Assembly: GCA_951406725.2 (NCBI GenBank)
Contig: OX597815.1
Location: 108,686,001 to 108,750,000 of the forward strand
Direction: 5' to 3'
Length of the DNA stretch: 64,000 bases
From: Octopus vulgaris
Taxonomy: Eukaryota
Every line of letters begins with the position of its first letter. Position 1 is the stretch's first letter. Positions 13,366 to 25,134 of the stretch are shown one piece after another. The position numbers and the translations under genes are program-made. The notes beneath the pieces are model-generated. The model did no database searches and was not told the DNA's origin. It saw only the letters and a program-made list of their open reading frames with translations.

Positions 13366-13501
13366 TATATATGCATCTAGATATCTATAATATGCATAAG
13401 AAGCTGCTGCCCATCATGGAAACTTCAGAGTCTACTTATACATGTGTGCAAGAATGTTTGTATAGCAGCAAGTGGTGCAAGCATAGTAAGGTAGACATTA
13501 A

Positions 13502-13541
<40 letters not shown>

Positions 13542-13592
13542 GGAGGAGGAGGAGGAGGAGGAGGGGGAAGATGACGACGTTGATGATGATCC
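13502..13592. repeat. (GAT)n/(GAG)n trinucleotide tract
   Basis: Directly visible. Confidence 0.95.
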
Positions 13593-13609
13593 ACACACAC
13601 ACACACATA

Positions 13610-14085
13610 CACAAGCACATGAAGGACACAGAGGAAATAGATTTTAATCAAATGCCCAGAAGGATTTTTAGAGGTAGCAGATAATTTCTGCAATGTAATT
13701 GCCCCAATTAGCAGCAGCAGAGGTTGTTCTGAAAGCATAGTTACAAGAATATGAGCCAGCTGGAGAAAGTTCAAAGACTTATTACTGCTACCAGTAACAA
13801 AAGTGAATGGCAGGTTATATGATGTGGGTTGTGAATATAGAAAATGTTGAGGACATCTGAAGACTTGAAAGAAATGAAGCAAGCAAGCTTTGCTGGATGT
13901 GCAATGTCAGTGAGAACATATGACAAAGTGCAAATACATTGAGTGTCAGATGTAGTGTGCTAGAAAGAAAATTTTGCTGGTATAGTTATGGATGAGAACA
14001 GCTTCATTAAGATGAGCTGATTACAGAATGTGGATAGAACTTGTGAAAGAGAGAGACCCAAGAAAAAAAGAGATGATGTAGTGAC
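13610..14085 (+). mobile_element. Decayed RTE LINE fragment
   Basis: LEVADNFC..ISSSRGCSESIVTRI*ASWRKFKDLL, homologous to 44460-44590. Confidence 0.7.
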
Positions 14086-14099
14086 CTTAAATTTCCATA

Positions 14100-15667
14100 T
14101 TCTTCATCTCCGTATTTTTCCACATACATTGAAAAATAGATAGTGTAAATATCAATAAGTATAAGGGGGGGGGGAATTTCCGAGGTTTCCACCCCAACCC
14201 ATTTTTCGGACCACAAAAAGGGTTTTGTAGCATATTAGGAGGCCAGGGTGGTTGACTCCTTTTTTTCTTAGTGAAAATCGCACAAATGTTAATCTAAAAA
14301 TTTAATATAAAACCTGTTTTCTAATTCATTGCTGTTTATGAAATTCTCTGTACGTAATTTTGTTTCCTTGGTGGTCAAGGCAAATGATGATTGACAAAGC
14401 AACAGAGGCCTAATGCTGACTTTGGATGCAATGACCTGATCTACAATAATGTGCTGATTGAAATCGAGGATGCCCTGCTCTAAATGGGTGGTGCAGTGTT
14501 GAACACATTCAGTTTGCCATCCTCATTGTGACAGGACATTAACACACTTCCACCAAAGTTACTTCTGGAGTTGTCGTATGATGCTGATGGCCTTGCGGAG
14601 TACCTGAGAGTAAATGAACCAAAATTACTCCCTGATCAGAGGCTGGTGTACGAAACTGTCGTCAGTGCCGTTGAAAAACAAGCAGGCGGCATTTTTTTCC
14701 TCGGTGCTGCTAGAGGTACCAGCAAATCCTTTGTAACTCAACTAATACTTGCTAAGATTCGGCACAAGAAAGTGAAAGAACCAGCCTGGCCACCAAAAAC
14801 GTAGCTGTCAGTGCTATCAACGACCAGCTTATAAGCCGAAATCCAGGTGAGGAGCACATCTACAAATCGATTGACTGGACCTCTCACCCCAAAGATATTG
14901 TCAATTACCCTATCGAGTTTCTCAACTCATTGGAGCCAGCAGGGCTTCCACCTCACATTCTTAGGCTAAGGGTTGGATGCCCAATTATGTTAATCAGAAA
15001 CTTGCTTCCACCGAAACAGTGCAACGGGACACGCTTAGTAATCAAGTCCCTGGTGCCCCATTTGATTGAGGCCACCATTGTTACAGGGTGCAGGAGGGGT
15101 GAAAATGTTTTCATTTCAAGGATGCAGCTTTAACCCTCAGGGTCAGACATGTCGTTTAACTTCCATAGATTGCAGTTCCTAGTGAGACCATGCTTTGCCA
15201 TGTCCATCAACAAATCCCAAGGCCAAACACTAGCAGTGGCAGGCATCCATTTGGAGTTTTCCATTCAATCAGGATAAAAAATTGATAAACCAATTCCTTA
15301 TAAGAATTCTCACTAAAATTGGCTACACCCCATTTTCAACCTTAACTTTTATTACCAATTTTGACATATTTTGCTCAAACTTGATGCCAGCATTACTTAG
15401 GACTCATGGGATCTTTGAATGCTTTAAGTTCTCAAAAAAAAAAACACAAAAAAAAACAGTTGATAAGTGAAAATAATTGATAAACCGATTCCTTATGGGA
15501 TTTCCCAATCAAATTGCCTGCAACCCATTTTCAGCCAAACGTTTACTAATTTCAACAGATTTCACTCAAATTTAATGTTGGTGTCACTTATTTTGGTTTG
15601 AAATAAAGCGCTTGATCACTTAATAATCTTAACCTAATACCCGGGCAGCGCCGGGCTATACTGCTAG
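14100..15667 (+). mobile_element. Helitron derivative with fragmented PIF1-family helicase
   Basis: FFLGAARGTSKS (motif I), GLPPHILRLRVGCPIMLIRNL..CNGTRL, FAMSINKSQGQTL; 3' hairpin CCCGG-gcagcg-CCGGG (15640-15655) then CTAG|T at 15664-15668. 5' end uncertain. Confidence 0.9.
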
Positions 15668-16133
15668 TTTATGTAATATAATGTTTCTATAGCAATGCTG
15701 TCTAAATAAGAAGAAGAATAGTGTACATTGTAATTTTGGGAGACCTTAAAGACTAGTTTCAGTAAGACAGGAAGTTATCTCCAATCTGGGAATCTGGTCA
15801 AGTGTGTATATTCATTGCAGGAATGAAATACCTTCAGCATTTCCTCTGGCTCTTTACTTCCCGAGTTCAAATTCCATTATGGTCAACTTTGTCTTTCATC
15901 CTTTCTGAGTTGATAAAATATGTATCTGTTGAGTACTGCAATTGGCTATCCCCCTCCTCTAAAATTTCAGGCCTTGCACCTATAATAGGCAAGATTCTTA
16001 TCACTTGACTCATCAATTGTGACCTGCAGTTAGACAACAGCACATGACTGCAGGAAATAATTTTGCTGAATTCTACAAAGTCTGTATTATATTCTTAATT
16101 TTATTCATTTACTGATATCCCGACTTAAATATT

Positions 16134-16293
16134 CTATGTTCTTACTCTAGTGGGATTTTCAAAACCAAAATAAGACTTTGCTACTGAACTATCTACATTC
16201 CATTGCAGATGCCTGTCACAAACACACACATATATATATAAACATACATATATGTACATATATACATACATACATGCATACATACATACACAC

Positions 16294-16324
<31 letters not shown>

Positions 16325-16360
16325 TGTGTGTGTATGTATATAGGAAAACATAATATATGC

Positions 16361-16421
<61 letters not shown>

Positions 16422-16495
16422 CTGCATTATACATATATGTGTATATACACACATATATATACACACATGCACACAAACTCACACGTATACATGCA
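16134..16495. repeat. Compound (TA)/(CA)/(CATA) microsatellite region
   Basis: Directly visible, mainly 16218-16495. Confidence 0.9.
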
Positions 16496-16515
16496 CATTA
16501 CAGCCACCTGTCAAC

Positions 16516-16562
16516 TTATTGCTGTGAAGCAGAAATATCACCTCTTGTAACATCAATGATGT
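16516..16562 (-). CDS. Weak candidate exon: (D)IIDVTRGDISASQQ*, or the alternative frame TSLMLQEVIFLLHSNK
   Basis: Strong minus-strand acceptor ttttttttatggtttgtttatgtttcag at 16563-16590; donor and frame ambiguous. Confidence 0.25.
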
Positions 16563-17531
16563 CTGAAACATAAACAAACCATAAAAAAAACACAAGACAA
16601 TATTTTATAAAATTAAATTAAAATATCTCGACTCAGCAAGAAATAAGAAAGTTTCAATAAATATATTTCATCTGAATCTAAAGAAATATTGGAAATAACA
16701 AGAATTTTTAGTTTCTTAAATTTGTATCATATTTTAAAATGTATTTTTGTCCTTTTTCCAAAATTATATGCTGCAGGACTCATTGCAAACATATATAGGG
16801 AAAAAGTGTATCAGATTCTACAAATAAAGGAAAAACAAACTAATGTTCTTAATACAGATATTTATACATCTTATTTAGTTGTTTGGTTAATAATTTTGAT
16901 ATTAGTTTGTCTATTTCTAAAAGAGTTTTAAATGTGTGATTACTATACTTAGTTCCCTACTGAAAAGAAGAAAGTTAAAAAATAAAACAAAATAAAACAA
17001 AATGAAATAATCTGCTACTTTTACATTATTTTATTTATTGTATTGTTCTGTTTACCAAGATTTTCTTATCCTAGACTAAGCAATGTATGAAAAGAAGGAA
17101 GTTATATATGAAAGAAAAATAAAAAACAAAGACAATTACAGTATTACAGTATCATATTCAGAAGAGTATGCAAGTTTTGAAGATGATTTTTATTGGAAAA
17201 CAACAAAACAAGGTTTTCAGTGATGGTATAGAAGGGTTCATGGATATAAGTTTCAGGCTGAAACAGTTCAATTAACATGAGAAAAGAAAAAAGGAAGCAC
17301 CACCAGAGTTGAGATAACATAAGATAAGGAGATGCATGGAAGCATGGTAATGTGTGAAACAGAATTTATTTTGAACAATCATTATATATGCACACACATA
17401 AAAATGAACTCCATGATGCTAACAAACTTTGTCTGGAAAATGAGTGACCAGAACATCACTTAAAGTATTAATTGGAAATTTATCACAAGATGAAAGTCAT
17501 GTATAAATGTATGAGTGTATGTATGTAAGTA

Positions 17532-17930
17532 AGGGCGGAGGAACTCTTGAGTGTCAACGGCCATCCAATAAATGTCTTAAGGCTGTATCATGCGCGGGGA
17601 CATAGAAATAATCGGACTTAATACCCGATCGCGTGGTTAAACCATTGGGAGTGAAGGACTCCTAGCCTTTGTTAGGGCATCCTTCTAGGAGAAGGTAACT
17701 CAGGTAACTGGGATAACTCCGACATAAAACCTGTGGCTCAGTGGTTACTGATGATGTTGACTTGTTCTTCTTTTTGGATTATGGCTGCTGTTGCTTAGTG
17801 AGTGGGATTGACTCGGTGCACAGCCTTTCCTCACTTTAAAAAAATCTTCTTGCACAGGCATTGCACAATAACAACATTGATTAAGCTTCGTGCAATGGCC
17901 ATACTTGATAACAAGGGGGCAGCCACCATG
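17532..17930 (+). mobile_element. Non-autonomous element with RTE-like 5'-UTR segment, in (ATGT)n
   Basis: gggcatccttctaggagaaggtaactc...taaaacc resembles the conserved RTE 5' UTR motif; CpG-rich; (ATGT)n on both flanks. Confidence 0.45.
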
Positions 17931-17950
17931 TATGTATATATGTATATGCA

Positions 17951-17981
<31 letters not shown>

Positions 17982-18138
17982 CATGTGTTCACGTGCGCAC
18001 ATGCACACATGCACACACACACACACACACACACACACTAGACTGGGCATTAACTTTATGCTTTAGAGTGTGCTTCTTTTCTGAATATATGATACATGAT
18101 AAATATATATATATATATATAGATAGATAGATAGATAT

Positions 18139-18171
<33 letters not shown>

Positions 18172-18192
18172 AAAATATAGATATAGATATGA

Positions 18193-21100
18193 TATAAAGA
18201 AAATGGAGAGAGTGAATACAGAAAATATTAATTTATTTATTTAATAGTCAATTTCATGTTGCCTACACATGTTTCCATTTCTCACCTTCATTCATATTTT
18301 ACGATTAAAATTGCATTATGAATCTAAAAAGTAAAAATCAAAATATTATCGACAAAGGATAATTCTAATAATAAGAACTATATACATAAAACAAGATACA
18401 AACAAAAATTAAAATACTATGGACCTAACATAAATTTTAATAATAACTCTACACAAAATGGACTTCACAATAAGATTAAAATACAGGAAAATAAACATAA
18501 GGATAAAAGGATTACAGATGGAATTTCATATAAAATAGATAAGAATAATATAAAAATATAAACACCAAGAAACAAATAGAAAGCATAAATAACCCAAACA
18601 CACATATAACAAGGATAGAAACAGTGAGGAACTAATAAGATCTAAAGGCAATAGAATAGAATGAAGGCCAAAAACAGAACACTATGATAATGAAAGTTGT
18701 GACTACTTCAATAAAAGCCTAAATAGGAAAGGAAATAACAAAAAGGGTAGAAGTTGGGAACCTAAATGGTAATATTCATAACAATTCTGTAAAACATTAC
18801 ACTCCATGTGTAAATGTAATTAACCCCCAGAAAAATTACTCTAAAAAGAATTACTATGAAAATAATATAGTATAGTTCATAATACCATATCCAAAACAAA
18901 TTAGAACCAATATAAAGAAATTATTTTATAAAGCTGTCTCTAAAATTTTTTCAAAGGAAAACAAATATCACAAAATAATAAACTCACACAAATTAAGGGC
19001 AGGTTTCTGCATCTCAAAAATATTGAACAAATTATATCTGCACAAAATACTAAGAAATTAAATGATTTCTACAAATGGCGGTGCCCCAGCATGGCCACAG
19101 CTCATGAGCTGAAACTAGAATCAATCAATCAATAGAAGTAAAGAAAATACAAATGATTTACTTATTGGCCAAAATGATGAGGAACATAACAATAGTATGA
19201 AATACACAAGTAAAGGAAGGGAGGTAACCTTTAAGAACTCCCCACTAAGACCCAAAAATATAAACTTGCAGTCAACAAAAAGAAGAATAAATAAACGTAA
19301 TAATAACAAAAATGATAATAAAAACATTAATGAAAATTATTTAAATATATGTACTTATAGTAGCAACAAAGGAACATAAAATAAGTTACAATATAAATAT
19401 TAAGGTAGATAAGAAAAGGAAACAAGAAGATAAGTCCTTAGTTAAAACTCATAGCACAGGAAATAAGCATTACGAAAATTACCCTGAAATGGGAGAAATA
19501 GGCACAGCAAAAATAGCCCTGGAAACGGGAAAATAGGAAACTGTGAAAGATCCAGATAATAAAACCTGTGATTGTGCCAATAAAAATTCAAATAAATGTC
19601 CATTAAGAAATTTTGTAGAGAACAGAGTATAATATATAGGTATAAAGTAATGACTGAGGGGCAGGATTACTACTATATAGGCTCCATAGAAAATTATATA
19701 AAAAGCAGGATAGTCACCCATGAAAGCATTTTTAGAGATAAGAGAAAAGAAGCTAGCACTGGTTTAAATGGATTAATTTAGGCAATTAAGGACAAAAATA
19801 AGGACTATTTGCTGAAGTGGGAAGTAATTAGCCGGACAAAATCTTATAACATTGGAAGAAAAAGGTAACTTTTGTGTAGAGGAAATTTTCCAGATCATTA
19901 CATCCAAGCACAAATTAATCAACAATAAGAGAGAAAGAGGGTTTTGCTGTCCACACAGGATTAAATATACATTTAATGAATTCAAATAAATAATTAGACA
20001 TTATTAGAATGGATATACGTCTAGTAAATACAAATAAATATAATTAAATAGACATATTTATGAATAAATCAATATCTAGAACTAATGATTATATAATATT
20101 AATCAAATAGAAAGATACACATTGAAACCCTTACTAACAGATGATGTGAGTGGCTGTGTGGTAAGTAGCATCGGTGCATGAGTGGCTGTGTGTTAAGTAG
20201 TTTGCTTACCAACCACATGGTTCCGGGTTCAGTCCCACTGCGTGGCACCTTGGGCAAGTGTCTTCTATAGCCTCAGGCCGACCAAAGCCTTGTGAGTGGA
20301 TTTGGTAGATGGAAACTGAAAGAAGCCCGTCATATATATATGTATATATATATATGTGTGTGTTTGTGTGTGTGTGTGTGTTTGTGTCATCCCAACATCA
20401 CTTGATATGCGATGCTGGTGTGTTTACCTCCCCGTAATTTAGCGCTTCAGCAAAAAGAGACCGATAGAATAAGTACTAGGCTTACAAAGAATAAGTCCTG
20501 GGGTCGATTTACTTGACTAAAAGGTCATGCTCCAGTATAGGTGCAGTCAAATGACTGAAACAAGAAAAAGAATAAAAGAACTATATTAGACAGATGAAGG
20601 ATAAAGAGCTTGTTATATTCACAAGGAAAAGAAATATATTTATATATATATATTTAATAAATTTTAAATTATATTTAAATAAATATTCTGTGAATGATAA
20701 AATTAAAATAAACATAGGAACAAATCTTAAAGTGAAATGCATTCACACCTTTCAGAATAATCTAACTCCATGCATGTAACCCATTGAAATATATAAAAAT
20801 CTATTTAACTATATATATAATAACCAAAACTATCAACAAATAAGACTAATACATCTAAATAAAATAAAAATTGTAATAAAAATCAAATAAGTAGAAGTTA
20901 AATAAATGTATTGATTTTGATACTTACTAATATATATATTTTTATTTTTTATTCTTTTGACAAGTAAGTAGGCATAAGAGTGGCAGCTAGCCTCTAAAAA
21001 ACTGATCTAAATTCCATTAAGAATGAATAGCAATATGACATAGTTTATTAGGACTGCAACTAGAAATTGTCCACTGTGGTCGTATTTATTTTTAGAATGG

Positions 21101-21359
21101 AATCCAAAGACAAACATGTTCATACACACACACACATGCTGCTATTCAGTATGTAAGGAACCTTCCATTCTTCAAGATGTAAATGAATATATTTCAATTT
21201 TGCTCTGAAGAGATGTTTAGCTTTTAAATTCATAATGCAATTTTGATTGCAAAATATGAAGGAAGATGAGAAATTGAAACGTGCATAGGTAACATGAAAT
21301 TGAGTATTATATAAATAACTTGATTTTTTTCTGTGTTCACACTCTCCATTTTCTTTATA
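18193..21359 (+). mobile_element. Penelope-like element derivative bounded by ~140-bp inverted repeats, with decayed GIY-YIG endonuclease
   Basis: 18193-18331 is the approximate reverse complement of 21221-21359; thumb/linker remnant IPYPKQIRTNIKKLF..F.KENKYHKIINSH (~18880-18990); CDC..KCPL..C..IIY..YYIGS..KSR..H..F..LINNKRE..CPHRIK (19565-19990). Confidence 0.78.
20145..20580 (+). mobile_element. SINE family A inserted in the PLE
   Basis: A-box-like TGGCTGTGTGG (head duplicated), B box GGTTCAGTCCC, internal (TA)/(TG) tract, A-rich tail. Confidence 0.88.
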
Positions 21360-21594
21360 CTATATTATTAAAATTCTGTCCTCCTATATCAGATACATGA
21401 AAACATCTATAACAACAACTAGAACTTCATAAGTGTTAAGCACTGATGTTGAAGAAAAACCTGCAATAAACCTTCAATAAACACAAATTATCAAATTTCG
21501 GGAAAATGAATCGATATGGAGCTAAATTGGTGTATGCATGGATGTAATACATACCTGCTGAAAGAAGAACCTCTTTCCATTCGAAACTTATATA

Positions 21595-22421
21595 CAGGGT
21601 GCAATAGGTAAATTGTCGCCATTTTGTATTTTTAATTTCATCCATGCACATTGTTTGTTTATGATTTTTGTCAGCTAGACAGTATTGTAGGGTCAGTTGG
21701 GCACCATCTTTGAGAAAAACAACACCATAACACAATTGACTCTGCTAGAAATTTGGAAACGACATGCTGTATGACTTGGCCACAAGTTCCAATATGAAGA
21801 GATGGTGAACACACAGAACATGTACCAAAACATTACCAAGAGTGATAAAAATGAAACATTCAATCAATATTATGCCTCCATTCGTTTTCCCACACGGCCT
21901 CACACTCAGCACAGAGGCCTAAATTAAGTGCCTGGAGGAGGTAGCGCTGCCCTGGGTCAAGAGAGTAGCTGCTGGAAGACCCTATATCTGGCAACAGGAC
22001 TCTGCACCATGCCACAGAAGCAGGAGAACCCAGTCATGGCTGTCAGATAATATCTGTGACTGCATCAACCCTAACATCTGGCCACCTAACTCCTTAGACT
22101 GCAACCCCCTTGATTATTATGTGTGGGGCTCAGTTGAGTGAGAGACCAATAAAACTCCTTGTAACACTAAAGATAAACTGAAGGCAAGGATTATGGCAGC
22201 ATTCACCAACTTAAGCAGGGAAGCCATCCAGGAGAGTTGCAGGAAATTCTGAAGTCAATTGGAGGCCATGGTTGAAGCCAATGGCGATTTTATTGAATAA
22301 ATTTACTGCTTAGTATTTCAAGACATTTTTATGTAATTTTGGTAAATATATCTGTTAAAATGAGCTGTTAGTGCTACTTTCAGTTTTTTCATCATTTAGA
22401 TGACAGTTTATTCCCTGCACC

Positions 22422-22424
<3 letters not shown>
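21595..22424 (+). mobile_element. Deleted Tc1/mariner-superfamily DD37D (maT-type) transposon
   Basis: TA|CAGGGTGCA...TGCACCCTG|TA termini; WQQDSAPCH...WPPNSLDCNPLDYYVWG with exactly 37 residues between the second and third catalytic D. Confidence 0.88.
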
Positions 22425-22515
<91 letters not shown>

Positions 22516-22517
<2 letters not shown>

Positions 22518-22978
22518 CTCTTCCCGTCTGTCTTGATAGACAATGAGTCGCGCCAAGGGTGGGGCCTACTTTGATGATGAGCAGCGTCTGCTGTGACTGA
22601 ACAGTCCAATTCTAGAGTGGCAGTCCCTGGTACAGTTGCTGCACACGAACATCGATGGGTACGTGTGGGGTGTTGCTGCAGTTGTCCTCCTCCTGTCCCG
22701 CCTGTCCGACCACAGCTGTGCTCTCCTTTCCTCAGCCATGGAAACGCCTTTCCTCACTGTCCGACGCCAGGCAGAGCGGTCAGCAGCTGTTACCTCCCAC
22801 ATGTCCACACAGATGTTGGCAGGCATCCGCCAGGGAGCTGACCAGCCTCTGGAGACCCGGCTGGTTGTGTGATGTTAGGGCGGCATCATCAGCAAAGAGG
22901 ATCTCTCTGATCAGCACCTGACGGACTTTGGTCTTAGCTCTGAGGCGCGCAAGATTGAACAATCCACCATCAGCCCTA
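22516..22978 (-). mobile_element. RTE-clade LINE fragment, 5'-truncated and internally deleted
   Basis: YRADGGLFNLARLRAKTKV..LFADDAAL (RT) fused to WEVTAADRSAWR..CSNCTRDCHSRIGLFSHSRRC (C-terminal Zn motif); RTE-type 3' end; (TA)n on both sides. Confidence 0.9.
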
Positions 22979-22997
22979 TATATATACATATATATAT

Positions 22998-23172
22998 GTA
23001 TATTGGCGATTTTCTTTCTCCGTCTTCCCTCCCTTGGACCTTTCCTTTTTCTATGTTTCTGACGAAGAGCTCTGCTCAAAACGTTAAATCCTCCTTCTGT
23101 CTTTCCTTTCCTGAGTGTCCAATAACACTATACTTGTTCCACGTCCTCGTGTTGTGTTTTCTCTTTGTTTTC

Positions 23173-23175
<3 letters not shown>
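22998..23175 (+). mobile_element. pLTR repeat family P1 with hammerhead motif
   Basis: gttt-CTGACGA-A-GAGC-tct-GCTC-(A)AAA-CGTT-aaat at 23055-23089; bounded by (TA)n. Confidence 0.65.
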
Positions 23176-23226
<51 letters not shown>

Positions 23227-23249
23227 ATATATATATGTATATATATATA

Positions 23250-23790
23250 TACGTTTAAATATTTGTTGTGCAAGATTTTTTATGTGAAGTTGTGTGTTGA
23301 AACAGATATTGTTATATTTCGGAATGGTCATATTGCCAGTTTAGCCAATAAAAACACGCACTATATATTTGGTGTTATTTTGCTTCAGTGATATTTATTT
23401 TTTACATTAATCTTAATCTTATTTCGGCCAAAGTTCTTTCGTCACACTCCTGTGACCGCATCAGTGGTCCTTTGTTTTCTTCTCACTTACTTGTGTCTCT
23501 CCTTACTAACCGTCAGCCATTTTGTATTTCTATTGTATGTCTTCATTTGCGCATGCTTATATCTCTATGTGCGTCTATGTTTATTTAGTGTGTGTGTGTG
23601 GGGGGGGGATGCCTGTAATATTTGTATCTTCTGGTTATATACATTCTTGTAATTTGTATTTTGTTTTTGTTGTTGTTGCTTTTGTTCTAATTTTGTTCAT
23701 GTGTTTACATCCACCCATTATTATCATTACATATGCTTGTATGTATGTATAACAACAATATTAGTAATAATAATAATAAATCTAATCGAA

Positions 23791-23840
<50 letters not shown>

Positions 23841-23880
23841 ATACATATATATATATATATACATATATACACACATATAC

Positions 23881-23912
<32 letters not shown>

Positions 23913-25049
23913 ACATATATATAGTTATTCATTTCTATTTCTTTAATTATCTGTGTATTTATTATGTTTGCAGGATCCACTATCATCATATGTTGTGGTG
24001 TGTGCTATTGCTCCATTCTAGTTTTCTATTCAGGCTAGGTTTATTTTCTATTATATGTGTAGCTTCTGTAATTTGTCTAATTGTTGCATCTGTTCTATGT
24101 GTGGACAATATCTTAATCTCTATGTTATTGATTGATCCCCCATGTTCTTGTTCGGCGTGTTGGTACAGAATCGATGAGCTTTTACCTTCCTTGAGTTGTC
24201 TCCAATGTTCATTCTCCAATGCTTCTTGCTGTTTCCCCTACGTATGTTACTGTCTTGTTACTGCATCGTCCCTCTATACATCTTATACTATAGACCACAT
24301 TTCTGGCTTTACAGTTTGTTTGTGGGCTAAATCTACATACAGTGCAATAGTTATCCGTACAGAGAGTTCTATTAAAAGGATAGGTTCTACCAATTATAGA
24401 TCTGATAGGGTTGCCTGGCTTTTCAACAACCTTAATTCTTAGTTTAAGTTTATCTAGGGTCCTTCTAAAGCGGTACGCCAGTTCACCTCCAGGGGTGGTG
24501 TCAACGAACATGACACTCTGGTATTTATGGCTATCATACCAAGAGTTGGCCTTCCCTATTTTCTTTTTGTCCTTTCTATAGTGTTCCATGACTTGTTCCT
24601 ATAGAGTGGGCAAATCCCATTCCTATCATTACATAATATATTATCAAATTTCTTAATGGCTCCTTTGTATACTCTGATCCTTTCTTTATGGCTGTAACCT
24701 GAGAACTGCATGCGGTGAATGAAATACTGTATGTGTCTCTTTAATTCTGTAGGCTCGCACATGCGTGACACATTTCTCATTATTCTGACGAGGTCTGCCA
24801 TCAAAATATTGACTTTGGCATTGCCCGCAATGGCTGAGTTCCGGTGGATCAGGTATTTTGAGGCCATAGGTTTCGCATAGTATGAATGAAGGATTTGGGT
24901 TTTATTTTTCACAATTTCTAGCCAGAGTTCAGTGTCTAGTACTGGTAGTCTATGGTTGGGGTGTTTAGTGGGGTAGTCTATTGTGACCTTAATACTCTGG
25001 TGGATGGAGTTAGCTATTTGCTGGATGCTCTCCATAGTATTAGTTTCTA

Positions 25050-25050
<1 letters not shown>
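23250..25050 (-). mobile_element. 5'-truncated Penelope-like retroelement (Naiad-like): RT C-terminus, Cys linker and GIY-YIG endonuclease
   Basis: Three frames joined by two frameshifts (23986-25035): DYP..LPVLD..YAKPMAS..RMQFSGY; VMFVDTTPG..CTDNYCTVC; VVY..C.x4.C..YVGETAR..EH..HAEQEH..RQITEA..LNRKLEW. Hammerhead-like motif in the 3' region (23425-23470). Confidence 0.88.

Positions 25051-25133
<83 letters not shown>

Positions 25134-25134
<1 letters not shown>

Noticed and set aside
14571-15260. Host PIF1 helicase gene
   Set aside because: Intronless, fragmented, has stops, and is followed by a Helitron 3' terminus.
24209-24211. TGA after YVGETARSIGE in the Naiad-like PLE as selenocysteine
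   Set aside because: It falls where Arg is expected (GERxxEH), not Cys, and coincides with a frameshift; better explained by a small deletion.
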